Positions 19,102-31,545 of a stretch of DNA of 64,000 bases are shown piece after piece (the stretch's first letter is position 1; each line of letters starts with the position of its first letter). The stretch is from positions 4,402,001 to 4,466,000 of the forward strand of contig OZ361258.1 of assembly GCA_977018835.1 (NCBI GenBank), given 5' to 3'. A program made the translations under genes and the position numbers. The notes under the pieces are model-generated. The model saw only the letters and a list, made by a program, of their open reading frames with translations, did not search any database and had not been told where the DNA came from. The stretch is from Minutocellus sp. GHC0000111 (Eukaryota).

Positions 19102-19854
19102 CTAGAAATCGTCGCGTTCAATATCCTCAACAAGCGCCTGGATTTCGTCCTCGTCGAGTTCTTCCAAACGCTTCGCAATGACAGCATTTTCATAATCCTT
19201 CAGTTGCTTTGCCTATTGCGTCGAGCCATCAACCCATCATCATACCCAAATTTCCAACGAGAACAACAAGAAAAAGTTAGTGATTAATATGCACGCATTC
19301 AACGGCATTAACATAAATCCAAGCAACAATTATCCATTCAAATATGCATATATTCAAAACAAAAAAAACATCTTTCAAAAAAGCAAGCTTCCTCAAAGCA
19401 AACTCACGTAGGTCATGTCCTTGGTTGCTACCCGGAAAATATATGTTGATACCCAAAGAACAGTTGTCACAGCAGTGAAACCAACGCCGATATTTCGTCC
19501 CGCTTCGACGTCGTCCCAGCCCAAGGCACTCGTCCCAACCTGATACACGATGATGGGGACGATGAACAGAACCAAACTGAGGAAGAGCGCGCCACCCTTG
19601 GTACCCGGATCAAGAAGCATGGGAAGACTCGACTTTTCACCACCCTCCGACGAGTCGGCCATAGCCAGCGGAGTGCCAGTTGGTCTTCCCCCAAAGGTTT
19701 GAGGAGAAGCCGGAGAGAGAGCACCGACCGGTTCCTTCAGGTGAGAGGCATGATGATGTGCCGAGACGGCGCTGGTCGATGTCTGGACCGTAAAGGCCGA
19801 GGCAGATCCCACTGCAGCGGCGGCGAAGAGAAGAGCTGATGATATCCGTGCCAT
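19102..19854 (-). CDS. DUF3007 family plastid membrane protein (2 exons; intron 19407-19213)
   Basis: Signal with ASA-F; WVSTYIFRVATKDMTY|AKQLKDYENAVIAKRLEEL; GTGAGT donor and TAG acceptor give an in-frame join. Confidence 0.88.
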
Positions 19855-20145
19855 CTTGACAATTGAGCTGGCAATAGAGTAGGTTTCGCTACAGTGCTTG
19901 GGGCGGAACGACACGGCTGACCCGCCATGGTCGTCCACGTCAGTGAAAGAAACTCCCAACTCCGTGTTATGTCCACAGGGTGTCTTTACACCAAAAATGC
20001 TGATCGTCACAGCCTCCCCAACAGCCAACGAACGCCAGCCCAAGCAAAACTCCCAAGCAAGATCTCGAGAAGCCGCCAAAAGGAGGCGGGAGAAAGATAG
20101 ACCAGTTTTTGAACTATTTTAGATTCATTCTTAGTTTGCCACTCT

Positions 20146-21342
20146 CTACGCTCCAAATCCACCTCCGCCACCACCTTTCTTCTTATTCTTTTTACCGCCC
20201 TTTTTCCCTTTTTTCCCTCGTCCTTCCACGGCAAAGCCGCTCTTCTTGCTGCCGTTGCTAGTAGACTCCCCAACGTCTGGAAATAATCTTGCCATTTTTA
20301 CTCGCTCTTCTGCCATCCATCGCGTCCCGGCGTCTTCACTCAAAAGTTCTGGCATTTCAAGGCAATCATAAACAAATTGGATCGCATCACGTTCAGCTTG
20401 GGTCAAATCGGGATGCCATATGCGGAACATTAGAATGTACCTCACCTCATCGGATTCATTGACGGCGGAATGCATAATGCTGGTATCGAATGCCATGACT
20501 TCGCCCTCCATCCATTGTCGTTCTTCGTCACCAATTCTTAGGCGGCATTTGTTGTTTCCATTCTCTGGAATTACTAGCGCCAAATGCGACGTCAGCACAA
20601 AGTTGGTAAAGTCGCTGTGCAGTTTGATATCGCTTCCCGGTTGCATACTGGCAAAGAAGCACTCTGTGGTGGGGATCCCACTCTCATGTACGGCTTTGGC
20701 TGCTTTTGGGAACAGCTTGGCGTTGACGGGATCCCACATGCCTCGATTTACCAGCACCAGCGTCTTCCACCCTTCGCCATATCCCGATGCATCATCCGTC
20801 AATGCCCCGGCCCATATGTTATTTCCCTTCTTCGACAGCGAGTCCATATCGGCAGTCACGCTGAGGAACTCCTTCCTGATTTCATCATACGAATTCTCCA
20901 ACTTTTTGGCCCAGTCAAATTGTGATGCATCCCAAAACTGCTTACATGTCAAGTCGGCAACGTACGATGGAGCGAGCTGATGACAGTTGCTGCTCTTGGG
21001 ATCCAAAGCGGGTGGGTCCTGTCTGGGGCCCATGAATTCCTTGTGCGCGTAATCCATCTCGGCCCAGCGCCAACTGTCCAGAACTCGCTGGATGGGTTCG
21101 GCGCCGTCGAACTTGTCAATAAGGGCTGCCTCTACCTGACCAGCGAATGTTAGCGGGCTCAAGGGTCGGGTTGGTGGAGGCGTCGTGTTGATGAGCGCGT
21201 CATCGTCCGTTTCAGCTTCTGCTGGAGAAGAGACGTAAAGCCGCGAAGGCCGCGAGATTGGCGATGGCGAACTCGGCACAAATGCACGGGAGAGACCGAT
21301 CGACGCCACGAGAAGCAGCAGATCGGTAGCAGAGCACTTCAT
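20146..21342 (-). CDS. Aspartyl/asparaginyl beta-hydroxylase-domain protein, plastid-targeted
   Basis: SRA-FVP presequence; IKLHSDFTN..HLALVIP, WMEGEVMAFDTSIMHSAVN, RYILMFRIWHPDL. Confidence 0.88.
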   Translation of the reverse strand: MKCSATDLLLLVASIGLSRAFVPSSPSPISRPSRLYVSSPAEAETDDDALINTTPPPTRPLSPLTFAGQVEAALIDKFDGAEPIQRVLDSWRWAEMDYAHKEFMGPRQDPPALDPKSSNCHQLAPSYVADLTCKQFWDASQFDWAKKLENSYDEIRKEFLSVTADMDSLSKKGNNIWAGALTDDASGYGEGWKTLVLVNRGMWDPVNAKLFPKAAKAVHESGIPTTECFFASMQPGSDIKLHSDFTNFVLTSHLALVIPENGNNKCRLRIGDEERQWMEGEVMAFDTSIMHSAVNESDEVRYILMFRIWHPDLTQAERDAIQFVYDCLEMPELLSEDAGTRWMAEERVKMARLFPDVGESTSNGSKKSGFAVEGRGKKGKKGGKKNKKKGGGGGGFGA

Positions 21343-21502
21343 GGTGGGCCGAGGAAATCAAAAGCAAAATGCTGAAACGAAAAGTCGAACATGGCGTGTC
21401 CTTCGTCAGGCAAACATCGAAACGGCCATTGCGCAGAAATGTGATGATTCTTAGCGTATCCTGATCCTGAAAAGCAATGATAACACCCAACTACTAGTTT
21501 CG

Positions 21503-22905
21503 ATGCGAGTGAGATGCGATGTATTCGTGGCCAGCGTTTCGGTTGGTGTGTACCTCTTCGCTTTCTTGACGTTGATGATAAAGATGGAGCAGATACGGCC
21601 CAGAGCTGAACTTGAATTATTCATGCAAAATTCAAATCCTCAACACCCGCCTCGAGTACTGTGCTTGGATGGTGCATGCACAGATGCCCTCCAGCATAGA
21701 CTGCTCGAACGGCGCATTGCAACTGATCTTGATGATTATGAAATATTCCCATCGGATGACGTTTCCGATCCCGAAAGCAAACGGAAGGAGGAGCAACCGA
21801 TCGACCAGCCAGACCAGTCGGCCTGTGTGCCCACAGAGCCTTGGCAAACGACTCACCATCCCCTGTGCAATGTATTTCACGAATTCAACCTCGCAACTAG
21901 TGTGGATACATCTTCCTTGCACTATGTTGCCTCTGGTGGCTGGCGTGATGTGTGGCGTTTTGATATCAGCACTGATACGTCGTTGGCACTCAAGATGATC
22001 AAGTGGAAGCGAAAGAAATATCGAACATACACGGAACAAACCTACCGTCGGCATATCATCGATGCCGTGGCATCCGATCGGCTATTTGGGCACAAAATTG
22101 CGACGGGAATATATGGCTTTTGCGGCCTCTCAGTTTTGAATGATTACGGCGACAGTCACTTGTTGAGAGCAATCAAGGCATTGGGCGATGTCGATCGCGA
22201 ACATGGATTTGCCCTCAACTGGAATTCTAACGAGACGCTCACCGCGAGACATTTGATGGCCAAGGGGATAACCAATTACTCTGACTATCCCGAACACAAA
22301 CCAAGTCCTGGCTATGGAACACTCTTGCGCTCATGGCCGACTCTGAAACAAAGAGTGCAATATGCTCGAGATGCCGCCCTCACTATAGCCTCTATGCGAG
22401 GTATCGACTGGCATGGGGGCGAAACGTTCAATGTCACTTTGGTTCACCACGACATAAAGCGCGATAACTACATAGTGCTGGAGGACGGCGGACTCCGATT
22501 GAACGATTTCAATGACGCAGAATTGGTTTTCTACAACACTACGTCTTCTGGCCCATGCCGGTTTCGGCGAAAAAACACAATGGCAATTATCAAAGTGCCG
22601 AAGAAGCATGGGAGCTGCCGTTGTCTCACGCGGTGGATCTTCACACGCTAGGTGGCGTCCTTTATTTTATTCTCTTTGGCAAGCGGCCCTACTTCGACTT
22701 GGAGCCGGAATTCGCTTTCGCATACTTATCAAAAGAAGTCTTCCCTTTGATTCCAGTTGGTTTCAATATTGAGGACAGTGGCCATCCTGCGGTGACTGCA
22801 ATGTTGCAAATGATACAAAAACTAAGAAGCGCGCATCCCGCGGAGAGACCCGAAGCCAGCTTCGCAGTACAAGAATTGGATTCAGTACTCGAGAGATGGC
22901 AATAA
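21503..22905 (+). CDS. Type II membrane protein-kinase-like protein (frame break in A-run at about 22570)
   Basis: TM anchor; PLCNVFHE, ASGGWRDVW, LALK, YGFCG, VHHDIKRDN, LNDFND. Continues in another frame as GNYQSAEE..VDLHTLGGVLYFIL..ERPEA. Confidence 0.75.
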
Positions 22906-23149
22906 TAATAAGATAACAAGGACTCTATAATGCGTGTGATATGTGCAGTGCGTAGCATCCCAGATTTTTCTGTTAAGTTGTTAAAATAGCTTCTACTTGG
23001 TTCTCTATCAAATAATCGGGGGATCCGAATACAATATGTATGCAAACAAAATTGATCAAAACTGTTGCAGCACTAAAATTCAAAACTGTTGGACCTCGAT
23101 TCGTTCAAGTCCAGGGCTTCGCTCGCGCAATGCCTTCACTTTGAAGCCA

Positions 23150-24636
23150 TTATTCGCCAAGGTCGCTGGGGAGCGTTTGATAGTGGTATAGGGACGGAGC
23201 ACCTCCAGTGTGGATGAAGAGAACACGCTGATCAGGACCGTAAGATCCATCACTGGTAACCGCGAGAAGACCGGCAGCTCCCTTGCCGGTATAAACAGGG
23301 TCGAGGATGATGGACTCAAGACGAGCAAAGTTCTGAATGGCATTGGCCATGTCCTTGGTGGGAAGCGAGTATCCCTCACCAACATGTCCGTCGTGAATGA
23401 CGACTTCGTTGTCATCAAAGCCACCGGTGAAGGCGTCGCAATCGGCAAAGTACTTGTCGATGCATGCCTTGACCTGGCCACGAATACGATTACCTTGCGT
23501 GTCTGCATCGAAACGCACGCTGATGCCAATGACGGGGGTATCGATGCCAGCAGCACGAAGACCGGTGAGAATACCCGTGTGGGTACCTCCACTTCCAGAG
23601 CAGGTGACGATGGCATCCCAGAATAGACCTGGCTTGTCCTCTTCTCCATGTGCCTCCTTGAGGGCATGACTCTGCTCAATAATTTCGGCGGCCGCTACGC
23701 AGTAACCCAGGGCGCCTATCTCGTTGGACCCACCGCCAGGAATGACGTAAGGTTTCTTGCCCTCGGCCTTGAGCTTGGCAATGAGATCGTCCTGGATAGG
23801 AGCAACACCACCCAGAGGAGCGGGGATCTGCTCAGCGCCCAGCAACGCGAAGGCATAGTTGTTGCCGCCAGCCTTTGGATTGTACGATCCAGGAATGCGT
23901 TCTTCGAGAACGACGTAGCACTCCATACCCTCTCTGGCTGCCGCAGAGGCCGTAAGACGGCAGTGGTTGGACTGCACAGCGCCCGACGTGACAAGAACAT
24001 CCGCTCCCTGATCGAGGGCTTCCTGGACGAGAAAGTCTAATGGATAAAAAATGATAAGGAAGCAACGCAACAATTTGCAATTCGTCATTGGATGTGAGCA
24101 ATTGAAAGTAGAGAGAAGTGCAAAAAACAACTGCAACAGCAATGCACCATGTGCTCATTATCAGACCAGCGTGGTGACTTACCCAGCTTTCTCGTCTTGG
24201 AACCGCCTCCTGCTAGTGGGAGGAGCTGTAAAGAATAAACGAATGATATACAGACATGAGTAAGGAATGCGTACCCAATGAGAATAATGCGGACGAATGA
24301 GAATTTGGTCGAAAGTAGCGAGAATATCTGAACATTGCAACGTCAACTCACATCGTCGCGCTTCACATAAAGCTGAGGTCCATTCTCCGAGAGGTTAGAA
24401 AGTCGAGGAATGTGCTCAATGGGAGTTGCTGCGGTAACATATCCCCGTCGATCGGCCTGGTTCTCAATCATCGTTCGAAGTTCCGCCGACGGGAGGGCAG
24501 CAGTGCTGCTCGCGGTTGGAGACGAGGCATCGCGAGAGCCAATGAGAAAGGACTGGAAGGACTTGCCGCCCTTGACGGACTCGGTCGAGTCGATGGAACG
24601 GGACAGTGAGGCGAAGCTTTCTACGCGGGGTGGCAT
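23150..24636 (-). CDS. dcyD: D-cysteine desulfhydrase (PLP); exons 24636-24352, 24225-24183, 24036-23150
   Basis: YVKRDD|LLPLAGGGSKTRKL|DFLVQEAL, GAVQSNHCR, SGSGGTHTG. LDPVYTGK and HTGG carry T/T, not the E/L diagnostic of ACC deaminase. GT-AG introns restore the frame. Confidence 0.9.
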
Positions 24637-24912
24637 GGTTCTGAGTTTGGTTTGTAGTGCGTTGGTTGGTGAGAATATGGCGGTATCTTCTGTTCTTCGT
24701 TTCGCGGCGAGGCAGAATTCTGCAGAGGAAGCGAAGCAGCACAACAAAGCAGTACGCGCACGTACGTGTACGTACGCGCCATGCGCCATGCCAGCCATGC
24801 CATCGCATCATCAACATTGCAACATCATCACAGCCGCATCTCAGCAAGAATCGATCGCATCGTCTACTAGCTAGTCTAGTACGTCTCATTCGTCCCGGCC
24901 ATACTCGTGGCA

Positions 24913-26320
24913 ATGGTGGCTTCTTCACCACCTCGCTCGTCGTCTTCGGCGTATCTAACGTTAGGAAGCGCCCTTGTTTTCTCGGGGTTCGCCGCTTGGT
25001 ATGCGAATCGGCTGCGCAGATCGAGATGGAGAGACGAAGATGATCGTACTCATGATTATGACGAGACGACGCACTCGGTGATTGATCACTTCAAGAGTCT
25101 TGTGCTCGACCCAGAAACATCCGTGGAAGAGGCGAACAAACGCAGAACTGCATCTTACTACTTAAAGGCTCGAGAGGCCCACTCGAAATCACTGGTGTTG
25201 GGCATATCTGGGCATTCACGGCTGATCAAGTTGCGCCAAAAGGAGCTGGACCGCATCCTCTCCCATTGGAACAAGAGAAATCAATCGCATCGGACCATTG
25301 TGGCAATGTGCGACGAAACCACGCAGGGCATACTCGACGAGGCTCGCAAGATGATATTGAAACCACTGCAGCATTCTAATGATATTGATACCGATGGTGT
25401 GTGGATTCCCGATCTCAACATCATTCAATCAATGGAAGACATGCATGTGACGGTGGCTTTGCCGTGGTGGTGGCATACTATCCGACCGGGGAACAATGAA
25501 CTTACGAGGCAAATGGCACAGCGATTTCGGCAGACGCTACTGCTGAAATTTCACTATCCCTTTCAGATTGAGCTCGCATCGTCTTGCTTGGTGGCAAGGT
25601 ATTGGTTGCCTTGTGGCGATGTGTGGGAGAACGGAGAACTGACGATGATCATGTTATTCATGACCGGCATGGGGAAAGTACTGACCCGATGGTCCGGCTT
25701 CGGGAGGAGATTATACGATGCTTCACAACCGTCAGCCCAGATCAGAGAAGACAACCGCTTACGTGAGCAACCAACAGATGAGCGACTTGGGTAACCAACC
25801 AACTCCAACTCCAGTCCGCGGAAAGAATGAGAATGGGACGACGGCCCTTCCAAAAATGCCAGATGACATTGGGTTGGAACGGCAACACACCATCGAGCAA
25901 AGAACTCCCGGTATGGGAGCTCCTGGATCTGCCGACGGATTTATCCACACAACTTTGTGTCGTCTTCCGTTGGAATGCCTCAGCTATTACGATGTGGAGC
26001 TTGACAAGATCCACCGCCTTTGTCGAGAGGCCAGTGCTACCTTGAGTGGTCATCGCATGGTCATTAATCAGTATCGTTTCTTGGAAACCATGGGTGAAGG
26101 TGGAGAGTCCAACCCGTGCTACAAACCTTCATTCGAGGAAATCATCGATGCTCCACTGAGGCACAAAGTTGACATCGACGGTACAGTAACTGAAAGCAAA
26201 AAGTTGCATGTTCCCGGTGCTATTGAACATAAGGAGAGTCTCACCATTGGTCCTGGTCGAAACTTTTTGAGTGAGCAAATGTGGGGGGGGCGATGGCGAA
26301 GAAGAACAAGAAGGGGGTGA
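24913..26320 (+). CDS. Membrane-anchored protein with two HxT motifs (2H-phosphoesterase-like), frame-broken
   Basis: N-terminal TM; MHVTVA (25441) and IHTTLCR (25943); coding frame switches near 25575 and 25760. Confidence 0.55.
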
Positions 26321-26638
26321 AATCAAGAACACTTTGTCTCAATTGTTTGAACCGCCAGAATAGACTGCTGCCCACTGTTACGTACGTACACGTACCTAAA
26401 TATGTATGCACGCTCTGGTCTCTGCACTTTTTATTTGACTTTCCGCCAGCTGGCATCTGCGTCATCAGACATACTAGTACCTCGTAGCAGGCTCTTTCCG
26501 AGCAGATGTGTTTGCCAAAAGTTCAAGCCCGCGTCGCCGGACAGCTGCCGATCTGCTGATTCGATGCATCCAAATTTGAGAATTCGAGCTCAACTGCCCA
26601 ACCCTGCCTAATTCCTATAACATATATAAATTCTCGCC

Positions 26639-28261
26639 ATGACTCCCCACCGTCCCTCTATCGATGGTGCAATGGAAGTATCGACGGGATGCCGCCATAC
26701 TTCCAATCATTCCGCTACTTTGGGTGCCACTTACGCTACTTCCATGACTGTGCAAGATGCACAAAAAAATCAATCCGAATCAGCGCCTGCCCCCAATAAG
26801 AACCAGCAATATGAAGAAACTTCCACTCAAGATTCTTCAAGTCTAACCACTCATCACTCGCACAGGTCTGGCTCCCACAGAAGCAGGCCACGCAGAGGGC
26901 ATGTCCCACATGGACAATTTGGTTTCGCTGTTAACGGCTTTCACCCCCAGTGGTCGACTAGTTCTAATCTCCTCCTTGCAAGCCAAGCCAGAGATATGAC
27001 TGCCTTTCCAGTCAGCCTTCATAATGGCCGGCCAAGCCTCAACGAGCAGGTCGCCACGGCGACCCATGATCTTATCACTCGACTTCGCAATGACGAAGAG
27101 GAGAAGAAGAACATCCGTAAGCGACATCTCGCCGAGGTCTCCGTCGCAGCAGCCAAGGCCCAAAAAAGGCGCGAGCAGGAAAGTCCGACGGCAAAAGAAT
27201 CTTCCGAAACTACCTCATCATCATGCGCCTCTACAGCATCGACTGGCAGTACGCAGAAACGCCAATCATTCTCATCTCTCTATGGAGACGTATTTATCAA
27301 ATCTTGCACCGCGCAGATATTGGTTTCCCCTGGAGGACGAATCCTGGCTTGTGAGTAGCATATCTGCCCATTTTATTCTGAAAATATTGGCATGATACAA
27401 CATTCTTTCGTCATTATTGATGCTTATTCTTGCCTATCCTCATGCCTACGAATTCAATTCCATTCTCCAGGGAACGATCGCTTCATCGAAATTTCCGAGC
27501 TGAACGCAGATCAAATTGCCGACTCGCTCACGGTTTTCAACCTTGTTCAGCCCGAGTACATTCCTCGGCTGTTTGACCTCTTCGCCCTTGCCCTTCGAGG
27601 CGGCAGTCCACCTCCTCTCGTCTTGCAACAATCTCCACTTGCCCCAGGAAATATGCTCGGCCTTGTCAATTCAAGCTCTTCTTCTAGTAGTAGAGCTCAA
27701 TCTACGACGGCAGGCGAAGGGGACGACACTATTGCTAGGCCTAGCAGTAGCAACGAAGGCGGCAGCCACTACGAAAACGACGATTCTGCCTCAGGACAAA
27801 GTAGGAGTACCGTTGTATCGAGTTCAGAAGAAGAAGAAGGAGGAGGAGATGGAAACAGTGAAGAAAAGGAAGAAGTCGAGGAAGATGACAAAGAATACCA
27901 CCACGCGTCTATGACTGTCCCATGCGCGCACTTCCCCTCTGCGAAGGAGGCTGTATTTATCATGACGGTGAGTACCCTTCCAATTCTTTATTGCTGTCTT
28001 GAGTAAAAGCACCTAGATATAACGTCATATGCACATATTTTCACATTTGATTGAAAATCTCTAAAAATATTTCAACAGATTACTCTGATGAACGACGAGA
28101 ACCCCAACAAACGCTGCTTTCATTGCGTTTTTCGAGAAGATATATCTCTACCCCAGACGAGTAAAGACGAATCAAAAGCCAAGGTAGACCAATGCATCGA
28201 CTCGTCGTCCTTTGGAAAGATTCGCCGCGTCACTTGCGCTGAACTTGCGATACAACTTTGA
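26639..28261 (+). CDS. PAS-like domain protein; exons 26639-27350, 27471-27967, 28079-28261
   Basis: GT-AG introns give VFIKSCTAQILVSPGGRILA-WNDRF..LTVFNLV..LFD, resembling the PAS region of diatom bHLH/bZIP-PAS factors. Confidence 0.65.
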
Positions 28262-28474
28262 GTGCTTGCATTGATGTCGTTTTTTTTTTTTGCTTGCCCC
28301 ACCGGGATTGGGGTACAATTAAAGCATCGACGGCTTATCACAAACTGCATATGAATACATAGATAAAATTGGTAATTTTATATTAGAATTTACTTCAACA
28401 ACTCATTCTCTACATCCATGTTCAAAGTATGAACTTCATCAAAATTCATTTGATCTCCTTTCCACGGCCTCATA

Positions 28475-29679
28475 TCAAGTTTTACTCCTCTCCATGGTGC
28501 ATTCAATGTCCTCTCTTGCACGATCTAAATTCTTGCTTGCATTGTTTCTTGCATTTTGATGATCCAAGATCACGTTGACGCCAATGGTCCCAGTTCCTCC
28601 ACCCTTGTCGTTTCCGGTATCGCCGCCATGCTTGGCCGATCTGGTCCTTGGACTTTTGCTAGATTTGCTAGATTTGCTGCGAGATTTGCTGCTGCTGGAT
28701 TTGCCAGACTTGCTGGACTTGCCGGACTTACTGCTCTTGGAACTTTTGCTGGTTTGCGATGTCTCTGTACGAAGCTCACGACGCCAGTCTGGTCCGGTAC
28801 CCTTATCGTTTCCGGTATCGCCGCCATGATCTCCCCGCTTCTCCTTGCCACCCTTATCACTCTTCCTCGTTTCGCTCTTGCTAGACTTGCTAGACTTGGC
28901 CGACATCTTGTGACCACCTTTGTCCTTTCCAGAGCAACTGGACTTCGATACCTTTGAGCCAAGCTCACGACGTCGAATGTCTGGTCCAGTGCCGTTATCG
29001 TCACCGGTGTCACCGCCATGATCTCCTCGTCGATCTTTGCCGCCCTTATCACTCTTTTTGGTATCACTCTTACTAGATTTGCTGGACTTGGCCGATAGTT
29101 TGTTGCTTCCCTTATTCTTGGAGCTTTTTCTAGACTTTGAACCAAGGGCGCGCTACAATTGAGAGGTGATTTCATGAAGCGGACAACGGTATACGCGTGA
29201 ATAAAGATGCAACAAAGTCCAATGACATCGGAGAAACAAAGTACCGACGCATAGCAAGTGTATTGACTAGTACGTACCTCCTCAGCAATACCCTCGGTCT
29301 CTTCCAATAGACGACGGTCGCACTTTCTCTTACATTCCTTCTTTTCTTTTCGGCAACTATCCGACGAGGATGACGAGGACGACCAGGGATCACGGTCTGC
29401 ACCGCCCCAGCAGACGGAGCGCCTGTACTCCCACTTTTTCACCTCGTACTTCCCATCAACAAGATATTCGCAGATCTTGATCTCTCTGCCCTTGTTCGAA
29501 CCATCGCACTTCTTTCGGCACGAGAGGAGCTTGTACTCCCCACCAAGCGCACGGTGGGCGTTGGCCACTTCGGTGCCATCGGCAATGTCTACAGGTTCCC
29601 ACTCTGGGCCGAGATTGTCGAGTTCGCTGGCCGTTGCGAGAGCCGCAGTAGCGAAGAAGAGAGTAGTTGACAGCTTCAT
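28475..29679 (-). CDS. Secreted silaffin-like precursor (intron 29277-29153)
   Basis: Signal peptide MKLSTTLFFATAALATA; RAL/RRL/REL sites; many KSSK/KSGK motifs; three K/S-rich + HGGDTG(N/D)D repeats. The spliced ORF is 359 aa and open. Confidence 0.8.
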
Positions 29680-29978
29680 GATCTTAGTTATGAGAGGAAC
29701 GAGAAGGCAACCATCTATTGCCAGTCGATGGAAAGCAATCATCGAATCGATGCTCTAAACGGATCTAAAAAATAATTTGAATTTCAACGATTGGTCTGTT
29801 CGTCATCCGAGGCGCCAAAATGCCAAAGAGGCTCAAAATATTATTGGCGGTAACGTCGCGTGGCGCCACATGAATCAGACGACTTGTAGCCTGTACCCTG
29901 TGCCCTCTTTGTGCGCCGCCAACATATTTTGAAGGCCCCGCCGCTTGCATACTCTGTATAATTTTGCCTTCGCCTAGC

Positions 29979-30711
29979 ATGAGTATAACGCAAATAGTTG
30001 CTCAACGGGCAGTTGGCGCCATGTTCCTCTTCGGCGGCGGGGCGAAAGTAGCGGACCCAACAGAGATGGTACGTCCTGCCCGTGTGAGATGTCTTTCACA
30101 TCAATGACCCAAATAAATTCTGGTTATTATTGCGCTCTGGCATACTGCCTTGATCGCTGCCCGTGTGAATGGTGTCTTTATTACCACTTGTGTCTCTCGA
30201 TCATTCCGGTGATTATTGCCCTCTGGCATAATGCCTCGACCGCTGCCGTTACTTCTAACCGCGATCCTAACCACCACTTACTTGTGTGTCTTCTCAACAG
30301 CTGAAATCATTTCCTGCCCTGCCGTCTTGGTTCTGGCTACCAGCGGGGCTATGGGAGGCAAGCTCAGGAGGTTTGCTTGTTCTCGGCACTGTTGCATCAC
30401 AATGGAAAGACCGAAGCGAAAAGGCAGGGTTACTCCTCTCCCTAACTTATCTGGGCGGGACTCTCTTTGCCAGCACACTACTCAAGGACTCTGAAGGTGA
30501 TACCTTTTTGAGTGGCAAAACCAAAGCAATGGGCAAAGCTGGACGGCTACTGATATTACCTGGTCTCATTACGACGGGCGTTTTAGTCTGGCTTGCTTTC
30601 AACAAAGACAATGGCTCCCCGCCCAAAGAAACCATCGGTCTTTGCTACGCTGCTGGATTTGTATGGGGAATGGTTTGCGAAAAACTCGGAGACAAGTCAA
30701 AAGTTGCATAA
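29979..30711 (+). CDS. Small multi-pass membrane protein, DoxX-like (intron 30069-30300)
   Basis: MSITQIVAQRAVGAMFLFGGGAKVADPTEM|LKSFPALPSWFWLPAGLWE..; in-frame GT-AG join. Confidence 0.65.
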
Positions 30712-30793
30712 GTACGACTCTAAATGAGGGAGACCTTGAACAAATGCTATTATACTGAACTCGTGCGATGGAATATATAAATTGTTCGGTTCA

Positions 30794-30817
30794 TCTCTCT
30801 CTCTCTCTCTCTCTCTC
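30794..30817. repeat. (CT)n microsatellite
   Basis: Direct dinucleotide run. Confidence 0.95.
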
Positions 30818-30822
30818 GATAG

Positions 30823-31545
30823 CTAGATAATCTCTAGGCCTTCCTCGTTTGCCATTCCATCGTCATCACCGGCACCATTTTCGGTCTTTGCATCCTTCAC
30901 TGCCTCTTGCAACACTGCACCGTCAGCCTCCAGGACGAGATCACTATCCGCCGCTGAAGCACTCGTTGGCGATTGTACAGCAGCATCCTCCCCAAGCTCT
31001 GCCGTGATTTCCATGGCTGTTTCGTGAGTCTTCTTCCTCACAAGGGCATATAGAGTGGCAACTGTAATTACAGCCAATATGCCAATAATGACACCAGCGA
31101 TGGCTGCGTTTTCGTTCTTCTCTTGTGCTGTGTATGGATATGAGCTGCTGCCATCACTGTTGGTTGGCCAATTCTTTGGGACCGAACCTTCAATAAACTG
31201 GCAAAAGTCGCCTACATAACCCGCCGGACATTCACATCCGTAGTGAGGATCGTCACCGTGGCTGACCAATTGAATGCACTTTCCATTATTTGTACAAAAG
31301 CTCTCGCTGATGCGGCCTTCCGGGGAGTGAAGGCAGTACGACGTCGCACGATGTTCACACCGAAGTCCAGCATACTTATCATTCCCTATCGAGTCGCAGT
31401 CACAACTGTATTGGCCTTCATCAAGAGCATTTTCCACACACACGCTCCCATTATCACACATATGCCCGTCTGGGCAACGCATATTTCCATGTTCAACTTG
31501 GCCATTGTCACGCTGGCGAAAACGGGATGAGTCATCGATGGCCAT
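30823..31545 (-). CDS. EGF-like-domain single-pass membrane protein (5' end uncertain)
   Basis: C..GHMCDNGSVC..YSCDC..YAGLRCE and FCTNNGKC..GCECPAGYVGDFC; TM IAGVIIGILAVITVATLYALV. No signal peptide in this frame. Confidence 0.8.
   Translation of the reverse strand: MAIDDSSRFRQRDNGQVEHGNMRCPDGHMCDNGSVCVENALDEGQYSCDCDSIGNDKYAGLRCEHRATSYCLHSPEGRISESFCTNNGKCIQLVSHGDDPHYGCECPAGYVGDFCQFIEGSVPKNWPTNSDGSSSYPYTAQEKNENAAIAGVIIGILAVITVATLYALVRKKTHETAMEITAELGEDAAVQSPTSASAADSDLVLEADGAVLQEAVKDAKTENGAGDDDGMANEEGLEII

Noticed and set aside
23150..24636. ACC deaminase
   Set aside because: Diagnostic positions read PVYTGK and HTGG rather than PVYEGK and HLGG, favouring D-cysteine desulfhydrase.
28570..29277. 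ORF-track 390 aa read-through of the silaffin-like locus
   Set aside because: It reads through the intron into the wrong frame; the spliced frame gives the coherent KSSK/RXL repeats.
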